Shown: in pieces, positions 1-10,823 of the stretch
Layout of the letters: each line of letters opens with the position of its first letter
Position numbering within the stretch: position 1 is the stretch's first letter
Notes under the pieces: model-generated
Told to the model about the DNA's origin: nothing
The model's database searches: none
What the model saw: the letters and a program-made list of their open reading frames with translations, nothing else
Origin: an uncultured delta proteobacterium
GTDB lineage: Bacteria > Myxococcota_A > Polyangia > Polyangiales > Polyangiaceae
DNA length: 64,000 bases
NCBI GenBank assembly: GCA_963696385.1
Contig: CAVOKF010000004.1
Coordinates: 32,001 to 96,000, forward strand
Direction: 5' to 3'
Position numbers and translations under genes: made by a program

Positions 1-288
1 GGGCGCGCCGTTCGGAAGCGTGCCGACATCAATGATCCGCGCGACGTGCTCGCTCTTGATCTTCACCGCCGCGCGCGCTTCCCGCGCGAACCGGGCGACG
101 GCGTCGGAGTTGCCGAGCGCCTCGGGCAAGAGGAACTTCAGCGCCACTCGCTCGTCGAGCTGGATGTGGTGGGCCGCCACGACGACGCCCATGCCCCCAG
201 CGCCAAGCACCCGCTCGACGCGGTATTTGCCGGCGAGGACGTCGCCCTCCCGAATGCCTGCCGCTGACTCAAGACCCCGATTCATCAT
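1..288 (-). CDS. Ser/Thr protein kinase, N-terminal part (runs off the window)
   Basis: Manual minus-strand translation from ATG 288: MMNRGLESAAGIREGDVLAGKYRVERVLGAGGMGVVVAAHHIQLDERVALKFLLPEALG; Gly-rich loop and VALK lysine. Confidence 0.9.
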   Translation of the reverse strand, partial: MMNRGLESAAGIREGDVLAGKYRVERVLGAGGMGVVVAAHHIQLDERVALKFLLPEALGNSDAVARFAREARAAVKIKSEHVARIIDVGTLPNGAP

Positions 289-490
289 GACCGCCCAGGC
301 CGACGAGCCGAAGGCCCCTTCCATCGGACGCCCCGGCCGAACGATTGCGCAGCTCATCGGCTTTTGCCGAGTTCGTCAAGGCAGGCCGAGGAGCGGTGGA
401 GGGCAAGCCAGGACGACGCACGAACGGTGCTTGCATAAATTTCTGGCCCCGTATCGCGGATCCGAAGCGCGAGCTTCGGCGAAGCGGCAA

Positions 491-1162
491 TCAACGCGAC
501 AAGCTGCCCTCCACTTCGTACTGACAGCCCGTGCGGTCGGTGAACGTCTCGGTGATCTCGAGTGACGCCCCCGAGGGCTGAACTTCGACCGATGTGAACT
601 GCCGATCGAGGGGTTGACCCGTCGGTGCGCACGTTTGTGGGGCCGAGACGAGCCGCGCCACCCCGTCGCTCACGAACATGGCGAGCGAGCAGCCCAGGCC
701 GGCGTCGAAGAGCAAGTCCGCGTCGCCGGCTTCGGTCGCGCCGGGCCCCAGTCGGAACGTCACCGTGACTCCGATCGGGTTCGCCTGAGCGGACTCGGTG
801 GAGCACACGAAAGTCTCCGTTCCGGTCAGCGTCCACGTGCCGACCCAGAAGTCGGCCCCGCTCTCCGCCCCGCTTGCGTCCCGGACGGCGGGGACCGAGG
901 CATCGTCGGTCGCGTCGACGGGTGGACCCTCGACGCCGGCGCCGCAGGTGCACGAAGCGTCTACGGCGCCATCCACACGGCATGCGGGCGCGCCATCCTT
1001 GGGTAAACAGAAGCACGGAGGCCCGGGGTCCCCCACGCAGTACACGACATCGGTCGTGTCCACCGCGGCATCCGCTTCGGTGGCGGGTTCGTGCCGCCGA
1101 GAACAGGCGAGGATCATCACGCATTCGATAGCGATCCCAATGAACCGTCGGGTGCGGGGCAT
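491..1162 (-). CDS. Putative lipoprotein, paralog of 34574..35485
   Basis: Lipobox-like ILACS; shares GTWTLxGTET, DLLFDAG and EITExFTDRTGCxYxxEGxLxR with the 34.6-kb ORF. Confidence 0.7.
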   Translation of the reverse strand: MPRTRRFIGIAIECVMILACSRRHEPATEADAAVDTTDVVYCVGDPGPPCFCLPKDGAPACRVDGAVDASCTCGAGVEGPPVDATDDASVPAVRDASGAESGADFWVGTWTLTGTETFVCSTESAQANPIGVTVTFRLGPGATEAGDADLLFDAGLGCSLAMFVSDGVARLVSAPQTCAPTGQPLDRQFTSVEVQPSGASLEITETFTDRTGCQYEVEGSLSR

Positions 1163-1745
1163 GGTGCTCGATCTCCACGGCGTTCAGCCGATTTCCAAAT
1201 TCCGAAAACACGATTGCGACCGACCCGCGTCGATCGTGCCTATTCGCACGAGGCGTGATCGAAACGCCGGTCGTCCGTTCAAGAGCGCGCGAGGTCAGCG
1301 CGTCCCCGGAGGGCTTCGGCTCGAAAGCGCGTTAGGCGGACGGCGGTCCGCGAATCGGGGCTGGGGTCATGGGTTCGCCTTTAGCAAGCGGCGCGCCACC
1401 CGTGTTTGGCCTGCGCAGCGCGGCCAACTGCATGAAATCGTTGATTCGGAATCGACGCGAGTCCACGAAAACTGGTCAATGCGTGACCATGTACGGTCGG
1501 CGATCGACCGGTTTCCTCTCTCGAATGCCACTTGCCACCGATCGCGCGGCAGCGACGAAATGAGCGCGCCACACCACGGTCGCCCGCGCCGCTCCCGCAC
1601 CGGATGCAAGCTAATGGGACGGATATCGCGTTTGACAAATGAGAATACCGGATTCAGATTGGCGTCGCTCCGAGCGTCGACCGCATTCCGGCGAGTCGGC
1701 GCTCCGACTCGGGGCGAGCGTTCTCGAGGATCGCGCGGAGGACCC

Positions 1746-3798
1746 ATGCGTGTGTTGGCGCTCTTGTCGCTCTTCGTGCTGTCTCTGGCCGGCCTCTGGG
1801 CCTCGACCGAGTACGTCGCCGCCAAGCTTCACGACCCACCCGAGATCGGGGTGCCCTGGGCCGTCGTCGGATCGTGGCCTCTCTACCCGCCCTGGGGGTG
1901 GCTCCTCTGGAGCCCGATCGCCGAGTCGCTTGCACCCACCGTCTTTCGCGACGCGAGCGGCATCACGACGATCGGGGCGATCGCCGGGTGCGCGGCTGCC
2001 GCCCTCGCAGCCGTATGCCGCAAGCCCACCGGCCCGAGTCGCTCGCACGGGAGTTCTCGCTGGGCCACGGCGACCGAGATGCGACGGGCGGGACTCTTGC
2101 GCGAGGCCGGCGTCGTCCTCGGCCAAACAAGTGACGCCGTCTTTCGACACACGGTCGACGCCGCCGGCCGAACACAGACCGTCTTTCGCAAAGCAGGCCG
2201 CCTCATCCGTCACGACGGCCCCGAGCACGTCTTCTGCTTCGCCCCCACCCGATCGGGTAAGGGTGTCGGCCTGGTCGTCCCAACGCTCCTGAGCTGGCCG
2301 CACTCGGTCCTCGTCTACGACATCAAGAAGGAAAACTGGGCGCTTACCGCGGGCTGGCGCCGCCAATTCAGCCGCGTCTGGCGCTTCGAGCCGACGGCCC
2401 TCGATTCGCTGCGCTTCAATCCGCTCCTGGAAATTCGGAAGGGTTGGAACGAGGTGCGCGACGCCCAGAACGTCGCCGATCTGCTCGTCGACCCCGCCGG
2501 AGAGAAAGACACCCGCGACCACTGGCAAACGACCGCCCACAGTCTGCTCACCGGCGCCATCGTGCATGTCCTCTACGCCGAGAGCGACAAGACGCTGTCC
2601 GGCGTCGCTCGATTCCTGTCCAACCCCGACGCCACCCAGACGCAAACGCTCGAGCGGATGCTCGAGACTCCGCACCTCGGCGACGCGCCCCATCCCGCCG
2701 TGGCCCAGGCTGCGCGCGAGATGCTGAGCAAGAGCGAGAACGAACTCTCGGGCGTCTTCTCGACCGCCCTGGCGTGTCTCGGCCTCTACCGCGATCCGGT
2801 CGTCGCCCGAAACACGTCGGCGAGCGACTTTCGCATCGCCGACGTCATGAACGCCGAGGCCCCGGTAAGCCTCTACCTCGTCGTGCCGCCGAGCGATTCT
2901 CGCGCGCACCCGCCCCATCATCCGCCTGATGCTCAACCAAATCGGCCGCCGCCTCACCGAGTCCCTGCAGGTCGGCAGCCGCACGGCGTACAAGCACCGG
3001 CTGCTTCTACTGCTCGACGAATTCCCGTCGCTCGGCCGGCTCGAGTTCTTCGAGAGCGGCCTGGCGTTCATGGCTGGCTACGGGCTCAAGGCGTTCCTCG
3101 TCGCGCAGTCGCTCCATCAGCTGGAGAAAGCCTACGGACCGAACCACTCGATTCTCGACAACTGTCACGTCCGCATCGCCTACGCCCCGAACGACGACAA
3201 GACGGCCAAGCGCGTCTCGGACCTGCTTGGCCAAGCCACGGAAAAGAAGACGCACCGAAGCTATTCCGGATCGGGGCTTGTCCTCACGCACCGCACCGAA
3301 AGCGAGCAGGAGTTCGGGCGGCCGTTGCTGACACCGGCGGAGGTCACCCAGCTGCCGCAAGACGACGGGATTCTGCTCGTGGGGGGCCTATGGCCCTATC
3401 GGGCCCGTAAGGTGCGCTACTTTCTCGACCCGCGATTCAAAGGTCGCGACGTCCTGCCGCCTCCCGATCGTCCCGAGGACCAGGCGCGAGAGCCACTGGG
3501 CCCAGTGACGAGCGACTGGGACGGGATCGGCGTCACGCTGCCGCCGGCTGAGCCTTCGAGTCCGGGTGTCTCGATTTTCGACACCGAAAGGACCGCGCGC
3601 CCGCCGGTCGCTCCGGAGAGCGATGAAGCCGCGGACCATCCGACAGAGGCCCGGACGCCGGGGCGTCCGGTGGCGGCCAGCGCCACGGCCGAGGGCGTTT
3701 CGGAGCGCTTCTTTGTCGCGCGAGGTCCGGCGACGCGCGAGGCCCACGAGGTCGAAGCCCTGCCCTTTCCCACCGCCAAGAAGGAGATGCCGGTATGA
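1746..3798 (+). pseudogene. traG: Type IV coupling protein VirD4/TraG with a +1 frameshift at 2897-2898
   Basis: N-terminal TM helices, Walker A APTRSGKGVG, Walker B LLLLDEF; removing one T in GATTCTC restores VVPPSDLARTRPIIRLMLNQIGRRLTE (could be a sequencing error). Confidence 0.9.
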
Positions 3799-4265
3799 CC
3801 AAGACCGTCCGTCGCGGCCGCGTACGGCTGCTGCCCTACGTCGATCCGGCCCTCGCTCAGCGCGTCGACCAATTCTGTGCGGCGACCGACGTGACGGTGA
3901 GTGCTGTCGTCGCGGCCGCTATCGGGCAGTACCTCGATGGTACGAGCGACGCGACGCTCGTCTTGCGACGCCTGGACCGGCTCGGCCGCGCCGTCGCTCG
4001 CAACCAACGAGACGTGGAGCTGTTGTCGGAAGCGTTCGCCGTGTTCGTACGTCTCTGGTTTGCGCATACGCCGGCGATCCCCGAAGCTGCGAAGGGCTCC
4101 GTACGCGCGAGCGCCGAGAGCCGGTACCGGCAATTCGTCGAGCACGTCGCCGAACAGTTCTCCGGCGGCCACCGCTTTCTCGACGACTTGCCGCACGAAG
4201 CGATCGGCGACGAAGGCGAGCTCGCCGCGGTGGCCGAATCCGCCGCTCTACAACCCCAAAAGTGA
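3795..4265 (+). CDS. CopG/ribbon-helix-helix protein of the kind that follows traG in Tn4371-like ICEs
   Basis: Overlaps the traG stop (ATGA); RRLDRL...LLSEAFAVFVRLWFAHTP pattern. Confidence 0.75.
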   Translation: MTKTVRRGRVRLLPYVDPALAQRVDQFCAATDVTVSAVVAAAIGQYLDGTSDATLVLRRLDRLGRAVARNQRDVELLSEAFAVFVRLWFAHTPAIPEAAKGSVRASAESRYRQFVEHVAEQFSGGHRFLDDLPHEAIGDEGELAAVAESAALQPQK

Positions 4266-4432
4266 GCCGGATCGATCCCGACCGTGAGAAGGCCGACCCC
4301 CTTCCAGCGGGGCTGACTGGGGCGGTGGCCGCGTCACCCTCGGGACAGGACCGGGTCACCCGACGCGGATGGCTTTCGCCGTGAAATCCAGTCGCGTGAG
4401 CGTGGCACGAAAATGGGCGTGTTCGAGCGCCC

Positions 4433-6136
4433 GTGGCCGCTCTCGCGCCCGCCTACGTTCCCCGTCGCCCGACCGAAACGGTCCTGTACGGATTGGTGCG
4501 CGAGAATCTGGAATCGTTTCTCGCGTACGCGCGCGAGAACTACGAGGGAGGGCTACCCCGCTACGTGGAAGCGGAGCTGCGCGCGTACTTGAATTGCGGC
4601 GTATTTGCGTGCGGATTTACGCGCTGCCACTGCGACTCATGCGGCCACGACTTGCTTGTGGCTTTTTCGTGCAAGGGAAGATCTCTCTGCCCCAGCTGCT
4701 GCGGCAGGCGTATGGCCAACACGGCTGCCCACTTGGTCGATCGAGTCTTGCCCGACGTCCCTGTGCGGCAATACGTTCTGTCGCTCCCGTACGAGCTTCG
4801 CAAGCTTGCGGCGTTCAAGGCCGACGTTCTCACAGCCCTGGGCCGCATCTTCGTCGAGGCCATCTTTGCCCGCTACCGCGCTCGCGCCCAGCGCGAGGGC
4901 CTCGAGGATGCGCAGTGCGGAGCGGTAACCTTTGTTCAACGCTTCGGCAGTTTGAATCTCAACGTGCATTTTCACGTGTTGGTGCTCGATGGCGTCGTCA
5001 CCCGGGACCCGGACCGTCGTGTGCTCTTTCATCCGGCGGCCGCTCCGACGCCGGTCGAGCTCGAGGTGCTGGTGGACCGCGTGATGAACCGTAGCGTGGC
5101 GTGGCTGCGCCGCCACGGCCATGTGCAGGACACGCCGCTCGAAGAGCGCTCGAACGAGCCGCCGGCGCAGACTGCCCTCGACGCGTGCGCGGACATCGCC
5201 ATGGGCCGCGGCACAGTCGCAACCTTGTCGAACGACGACGACGGGTCGAAAGACGATGACCGCGAGGCGCGGCCCGACGGGCTCGTCGGCGCGGTCGAGC
5301 GAGACGGGTTTAATGTGCATGCCGGGGTCCGGATCGAAGCGGGCGACCATCTGGGTCGCGAACGACTGGCGCGCTACGGCGCGCGACCTCCGCTCTCGCT
5401 CGAGCGCCTTCGTAGGTTGCCCGGCGGGCGGGTGGCCTATCGACTCAAGTACGTCCGTCGCGGCCGAGGCAAGTACAGAATCATGACTGGCCTGGAGTTC
5501 ATGGCCCGCTTGAGCGCGATCATTGCGCCGCCTCGGTATCCGTTGGTGCGCTACAGCGGAGTGCTCGGGCCACACTCGAGCTGGCGACGCGACGTGGTGC
5601 CGAAGCCGCGCGAGACGGCTCCCGCCTGCCACCGCGCGCCTACCCCACCGCTGAGCCCGGCCAAGCCGGTCACCGGCGCAATGACGCATCCGGGCTCGGC
5701 GCTTCCCGGGGCGGCGGCGCCGACAGCGGGCAAAGTCGAGAGTGCTCCGGCGCCGGCCGCCAGTTCCTCGACGAAGACGGGTCTGTCCGCGCTCCCCATC
5801 TTCGCGCATCGGGGCGAGGTCATCCCGCTCACGCCGAATGTGCTTGCTGTCAGCCACTGGGAACGGCTGCTCGGCGGCGCCATCTACGCGGCCTCGCCGC
5901 GCGTGGACTGGCCCACGCTCTTGAAACGAACGTTTGACGTGGACGTTCTGCAATGTCCGAAGTGCCACGGCCGACTGCGGGTGCTCGCCGTGATCACCGA
6001 GCGCGAGCCGGTGCGCCAGGTCCTCGCCCATCTCGGCCTGCCGACCGAGGCGCCGCCCGTCGCCCGGGCGCGCGACCCGACTGACGACGCGCAAGACGCC
6101 GAGCCGTCGGATCAACTCGAGCTGCAGCTCGCGTGA
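4433..6136 (+). CDS. IS91/ISCR-like rolling-circle (Y2) transposase
   Basis: Zn-binding FSCKGRSLCPSC, HUH motif NVHFHVLVLDG, RLARYGARP; oriIS-like GCGCTTTGAATC at ~6187-6198, cut by repeat copy 1. Confidence 0.9.
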   Translation: MAALAPAYVPRRPTETVLYGLVRENLESFLAYARENYEGGLPRYVEAELRAYLNCGVFACGFTRCHCDSCGHDLLVAFSCKGRSLCPSCCGRRMANTAAHLVDRVLPDVPVRQYVLSLPYELRKLAAFKADVLTALGRIFVEAIFARYRARAQREGLEDAQCGAVTFVQRFGSLNLNVHFHVLVLDGVVTRDPDRRVLFHPAAAPTPVELEVLVDRVMNRSVAWLRRHGHVQDTPLEERSNEPPAQTALDACADIAMGRGTVATLSNDDDGSKDDDREARPDGLVGAVERDGFNVHAGVRIEAGDHLGRERLARYGARPPLSLERLRRLPGGRVAYRLKYVRRGRGKYRIMTGLEFMARLSAIIAPPRYPLVRYSGVLGPHSSWRRDVVPKPRETAPACHRAPTPPLSPAKPVTGAMTHPGSALPGAAAPTAGKVESAPAPAASSSTKTGLSALPIFAHRGEVIPLTPNVLAVSHWERLLGGAIYAASPRVDWPTLLKRTFDVDVLQCPKCHGRLRVLAVITEREPVRQVLAHLGLPTEAPPVARARDPTDDAQDAEPSDQLELQLA

Positions 6137-6201
6137 ACGACCGGCCCCGAGAGCGGCGCGCCGATGCGGCGCCGCGCGGGCGACGTGCGCTTTGAATCTG
6201 T

Positions 6202-6312
6202 TCAAATCGGTTCGCCGATTCAGCGATAACGAACGCCCCTAAGACGCGATATGTTTCCGCGCCCGCTTCCGCGGCTCTTCGTCGACCGACGCACTTTGGG
6301 CTTACTACTCGC
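6202..6312 (+). repeat. 112-bp unit, copy 1 (dif-like core 6232-6259)
   Basis: TCAAATCGGTTCGCC...CCCCTAA-GACGCG-ATATGT...CTACTCGC; identical to 10713-10823. Confidence 0.97.
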
Positions 6313-7798
6313 TGTGACGAGCGGCGAATCCGTGAACGTGAACAGCGTGGACGAGGTGCCCGATTCGGCCTGGTTCACCAACCGACTCGGTGTCCGCCCG
6401 ATGAGCCTCGAGGAGCTGCGGCTGAACGAGTGCAAGAAGGAAGTGCTCCTCGACCCGGATCACACCCCGGACGGTGGGTGGCTCATCGACCAGGGCAAGA
6501 CCAGCGGGTCGACGCCGGGCTTTCGCATGACCGTGCCCGGCAAGGGCAAGTTCCTGGTCAAGGTCGAGGCCACCGGGCTGCCCGAGCGCCAAGTGGCGGC
6601 CACGGTGATCGGCGAGGCCGTCTACTATGCCGTCGGCTACAACGCGACGTGCGAGCAGGCACTGTGGGTCCGACCGTCGATCTTCACCCTGAAACCGGGG
6701 TTGAAGGCCGCACACGGCAACTTCGGGGATTACTACGACTTCGACAAGAAGGCGCTCGACGATCTGTTCGCCAAGTCCAACAAGCACCGCGGGCTGCTTC
6801 GCATCAGCGCCTCCGCGTGGGTGCCGGGATATGTCCTGCAGCAGTTTCGCTACGAGGGGGTGCGAGGCGACGATCCCAACGACGTCATTGCGCATCAGGA
6901 TCGTCGCGAGCTTCGCGCCGCGCGACTGCTCACGGCGTGGATCGATCACTTCGATGCGCGCGAAGGCAATTCGCTCGACACCTGGTTCACCGAAGTGAAA
7001 GGCGGTCCGCCCGACGCGTCGCCCGGTCACGTCGTCCACCTTCAGATGGGCACGAGCGCCGCTCTTGGATCGGTGTGGGACTGGGACCCCATCTCACGAC
7101 GGCTCGGCTACGCCTACGTCGTCGATTGGGGGGACATCGCGGTGGATTTCTTCACGCTGGGGGCCACCACGCGCGTCTGGGAACAGATCCAGAAGGTCCC
7201 GGGCCATGAGATGTTCGGCTACTTCAACGTCAAAGACTTCGATCCCGAGCGGTGGAAAAACGAATACCCGAATCCGGCGTTCTCGCGGATGACCGAACGC
7301 GACGGCGCGTGGATGGCGCGCATCCTGGCGCGGTTCACGCCGCCCATGGTCCGAACCTTGGTCGAGATGGCGAAGCTCGACGACCCAGCCAACACCGATT
7401 ATTTGCAGAGCGTCCTCGACGGCCGGTTGGCCAAGATTGTCGATCGCTACCTCACGCGGGTGTCGCCAATCGCCCAGGTGCGGGTCGATGGGCCGAGCCG
7501 GCTCTGTGGAGTCGACCTCGCGGAGTGGCGCGGCTTGCGCGATCCGTGGGCGTTTCGCTACGAGGCGCGGCTCCTTTCCGGACCGTGGTTGAACGTGGAA
7601 AGGCAACCGGGGGCACAGATCTGCGTGACGCTGCCCCACGTGGCTGCGGACGGCGGTGTCCCGGACGACGCGCCCGCGCGCTACGTTCGCGTGCGCATCC
7701 AAGACGGGGTGGCCACCGGACCGCTCGTGGCGCATCTGTACGATTTGGGGCCGGTGCGGGGCTACCGCCTGGCCGGCCTCGAGCGGCCCGATCGGTGA
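6313..7798 (+). pseudogene. 5'-truncated paralog of the 8931..10670 lipoprotein (atypical kinase-like)
   Basis: NVNSVDEVPDSAWFTNR lies ~90 aa into the paralog but directly follows the repeat here; the ORF-track start at 6251 is inside the repeat. Confidence 0.8.
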
Positions 7799-7897
7799 CA
7801 TCCCGGCACCCCCCGCGCGAGGCGATCCGATTTTGCCGGTGGGTGCGGGCGCCAAGAGCCGGCCCGCGAGGCGCGCGGGTGGGGGTGTTGGCCGCTC

Positions 7898-8767
7898 TCA
7901 GAATCGTCCCTGCAGCGTCAGCGAACCTCCTCCGGGCGCTGGCGCGACGCCCACCCATACGGCCGGAGCCTCCGCTTTGTGCCGATGAAGGTGCGGCACG
8001 AGAATCCCCACGGCCGATCCTGCTAACGATCCCGCAATGACGTCGCTCGGGAAGTGCTCGCCCGCGCGGACGCGCTCGTAGCTGACGAACGCGGTGAGCG
8101 CCGTGGCGATGCCGAGCGTGATCCACGGGCGAGGCGAGCGGGGCGATCGCACGAAGGCGAGGTACGTCGCCGTCGCGCCGATGGCCGAGACGCCTGCGGC
8201 GTGCCCGGAGAAGAAGGAAAGGCCGAGATCGGTGGAGTTGCAGCTGGCCGGCAGCGTGGTCGCGCCGTTCATCTCGCAGTTCTTGTAGTCGATGGGACGG
8301 GGCCGGCGAACGGCGATCTTGGTGATGTCCGTGAGTGTGAGCGCGAGCGATCCGGACTCCGCGTACATGAACGCGTCGACCAGCAATGCGTCGGTGCCGT
8401 CGCGAAAGCCCGACAGAACGGGATCGACCACCGCGAACCCGATGGCCGTATACAGGCCGATGTTCGAGTACGTCGCCGCGTGCGGATCGATCGTCTGCGT
8501 CACCGCGATTCGGTCGAAAAACAGAAGTTGGCTCACCGAGGCCGTCGGGACTGGGGGTTTGATCTCGCCGGTCCCGAGAACCAGCCCGAGCAAGCCCGCG
8601 AACCCGAAGCCCGTCACCGTCATCACGCCGTCGGAGACCGGGTCGAGGGAGAAGTGCTGTCCTTCCTCGAGGGGCGGGGAATCGGCCCGTGCGACGGACG
8701 CCGACAAGAGGACGGCTCCCAGAAAGCCCAGAGCCACCTGGCGTGACGATGTCGCAAACGTCCTCAT
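7898..8767 (-). CDS. PAP2-family phosphatase with signal peptide
   Basis: Motifs KIAVRRPRP, SFFSGH, RVRAGEHFPSDV. Confidence 0.9.
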   Translation of the reverse strand: MRTFATSSRQVALGFLGAVLLSASVARADSPPLEEGQHFSLDPVSDGVMTVTGFGFAGLLGLVLGTGEIKPPVPTASVSQLLFFDRIAVTQTIDPHAATYSNIGLYTAIGFAVVDPVLSGFRDGTDALLVDAFMYAESGSLALTLTDITKIAVRRPRPIDYKNCEMNGATTLPASCNSTDLGLSFFSGHAAGVSAIGATATYLAFVRSPRSPRPWITLGIATALTAFVSYERVRAGEHFPSDVIAGSLAGSAVGILVPHLHRHKAEAPAVWVGVAPAPGGGSLTLQGRF

Positions 8768-8930
8768 GGTGCTTGAGACGCTGGCGGCACCGGATTGTGA
8801 CGTCTCCGAAAGCCAATCGTGTGCCCACCCGATGGGCACGACGATCGCCTGCACCGCGTGACGCGCCGGCCGCACCGCGCCTCGCGCCGGACGCGAGCGG
8901 CCGCGTCCGATCTCGGCGAGGCGGGACACC

Positions 8931-10670
8931 TCAGGGCTCCGGCCGCTCCACCCCCGCGAGAAAGTACCCGCGTTTTGGGCCGAGATCGTACAAGGCCGCA
9001 ATGAGCGGCGCCTTCGCGACACCGTCGTCGAGGATCACTCGAACATACCGCGCGGGGGACGCGTCGGGCGGACCCCCGTCTCCGGCCACGTGCGGCAGAC
9101 GGACGCAGATTTCGCCGCCGCCATGCAACTCGACCGGCAGCAGGGCCCCGTTCGGCGCGCGGGCGGTGTAACGGAAGCGCGTGACATCGCACACGGCGCG
9201 CGCCTCGGCCAGGTCGACTCCGCAGAGCCGGTCGAGGCCTTCGACGCGCAGCTCGCCAATCGGCGAAAGCCGTGTCAGATACCGTTCGAGGATCCGTTCG
9301 AGCCGTCCTTCGAGCACGCGCACGAGATGCTGCGTGTTTCTCGGATCCGTGAAACGTGCCATCCCGGCAAACGCGCAAACCGCCTCGGGCGTGAAGCGCG
9401 CCAGGATACGAGCCATCCATGCCCCGTCGCGCTCGGTCATGCGGCTGAATGCCGGGTTCGGATACTGCATCCTCCATTGGTCGGGCACGAAGCTTCGGAC
9501 GTCGAAATTCCGGAACAGCTCGAATCCGGGATCGCCGAGCGGTCGATCCCAAGGGCGTGCCGGAATTCCGAGCGCCAAGAAGTCGGCTGCCATGTCGCCC
9601 CAGTCGACGATATACGCGTAGCCGAGCCGTTCGGTCACCGGTACGTGCCCGTAGTCGGGGCCGAGCGCATCGCTCCAGTCCAAATAGTAATGAACGACGT
9701 GACCCGGCGATCCGTCCGAAGCGACGTTCGGGTCGGCAAACCAAGAGTCCATGCTGTTGGCGTCCCGAGAGTCCCAATGATCGATCCACGCGGCGAGCAA
9801 GCGCGTGGCCCGCAGTTCCCTTCGATTCTCGTGGGCGATCACGTCGTTCGGGTCGTCCGGTCTCGTCCCGTCGTAATGAAAGGGGCCCAGAAGGTGCCCC
9901 GGAATCCATGCCGAGGCGCTCATCCTCACGAGCCCGCCACGCCGCGCGCAAGCCGCCAGGACCTGGTCGAGCGCTTTCGCGTCGAAGTCCTTTTCGTCTT
10001 CCAAAGTGCTGTGCCGGAAATGGAGGCCGGGGCTGAGCTTGAGCGCCGACGGCTTGAAGTACACGACTTGCTCGCAGCTCGCGTTGAAGCCGGCGGCGTC
10101 GTAAATCGCGGCGCCCACCACGGTCGCCGCGGTCGCAAGCTCGGGCTGCGCGGTCCCGTCGGCCTTGAACAGGTACTTGCCTTTGCCGGGGATGTTCACC
10201 CGAAACCCCGGAGTCGCGCCGTCCATTTTGCCACGGTCGATGACCCAGAGGCCGTCGGGCGGGTCCTCGGCGATCAGCAAGGACCGGTCGCACGCACCGA
10301 TCGGCACATCGCCCGGGCCCGGAAGGTGGCCGCCGCGCCGATTCGTGAACCACGCCGAATCGGGCACTTCGTCGACGCTGTTGACGTTCGTGGCCTCTCT
10401 CGCGACGGCCAGGGCGAGCGCGTCGGACATGGGGCGGAGCAGGACGTGATCCATGGCCGTCCAGATCTCGGGCACATCGATCGGCACCGGGGCACAAGAG
10501 ACGTGCCGTGGATCGCGCGCCGTGGGCTGGAGGCGGCAGGGCAGCGTTACGGACTGGAGATCCGAGTCTCTGTCCATCGGGGGGCGCAGCGCAAAGCGTC
10601 GCTCGGTCGGCATGCACGCCGACAGAGCGAGCGCCACGCACGCGAAGCGGACTTCATTCACGTTCGACAT
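8931..10670 (-). CDS. Lipoprotein of unknown function, possible atypical kinase fold
   Basis: Lipobox LSAC; YLFKAD..PE and WIDHWDSRDAN motifs; full-length paralog of 6313..7798. Confidence 0.75.
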   Translation of the reverse strand: MSNVNEVRFACVALALSACMPTERRFALRPPMDRDSDLQSVTLPCRLQPTARDPRHVSCAPVPIDVPEIWTAMDHVLLRPMSDALALAVAREATNVNSVDEVPDSAWFTNRRGGHLPGPGDVPIGACDRSLLIAEDPPDGLWVIDRGKMDGATPGFRVNIPGKGKYLFKADGTAQPELATAATVVGAAIYDAAGFNASCEQVVYFKPSALKLSPGLHFRHSTLEDEKDFDAKALDQVLAACARRGGLVRMSASAWIPGHLLGPFHYDGTRPDDPNDVIAHENRRELRATRLLAAWIDHWDSRDANSMDSWFADPNVASDGSPGHVVHYYLDWSDALGPDYGHVPVTERLGYAYIVDWGDMAADFLALGIPARPWDRPLGDPGFELFRNFDVRSFVPDQWRMQYPNPAFSRMTERDGAWMARILARFTPEAVCAFAGMARFTDPRNTQHLVRVLEGRLERILERYLTRLSPIGELRVEGLDRLCGVDLAEARAVCDVTRFRYTARAPNGALLPVELHGGGEICVRLPHVAGDGGPPDASPARYVRVILDDGVAKAPLIAALYDLGPKRGYFLAGVERPEP

Positions 10671-10711
10671 GATGCCCGAAGGGGCCGCTTCGTGACGATG
10701 CGGTAGCGACG

Positions 10712-10823
10712 CTCAAATCGGTTCGCCGATTCAGCGATAACGAACGCCCCTAAGACGCGATATGTTTCCGCGCCCGCTTCCGCGGCTCTTCGTCGACCGA
10801 CGCACTTTGGGCTTACTACTCGC
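10712..10823 (+). repeat. 112-bp unit, copy 2
   Basis: Identical to copy 1. Confidence 0.97.

Noticed and set aside
798..1745. N-terminal extension of the 870-aa ORF
   Set aside because: Overlaps the lipoprotein gene antisense; TraG similarity starts at ATG 1746, which has a GGAGG RBS.
6205..6220. AATCGG-TTCG-CCGATT hairpin as the essential element or a terminator
   Set aside because: Perfect in copies 1, 2, 4 and 6 but disrupted in copies 3, 5 and 8; no U-tract follows.
6251..6312. Shared N-terminal peptide MFPRPLPRLFVDRRTLGLLLA on several ORFs
   Set aside because: It is translation of the repeat; the ATG context and frame are not conserved across copies.
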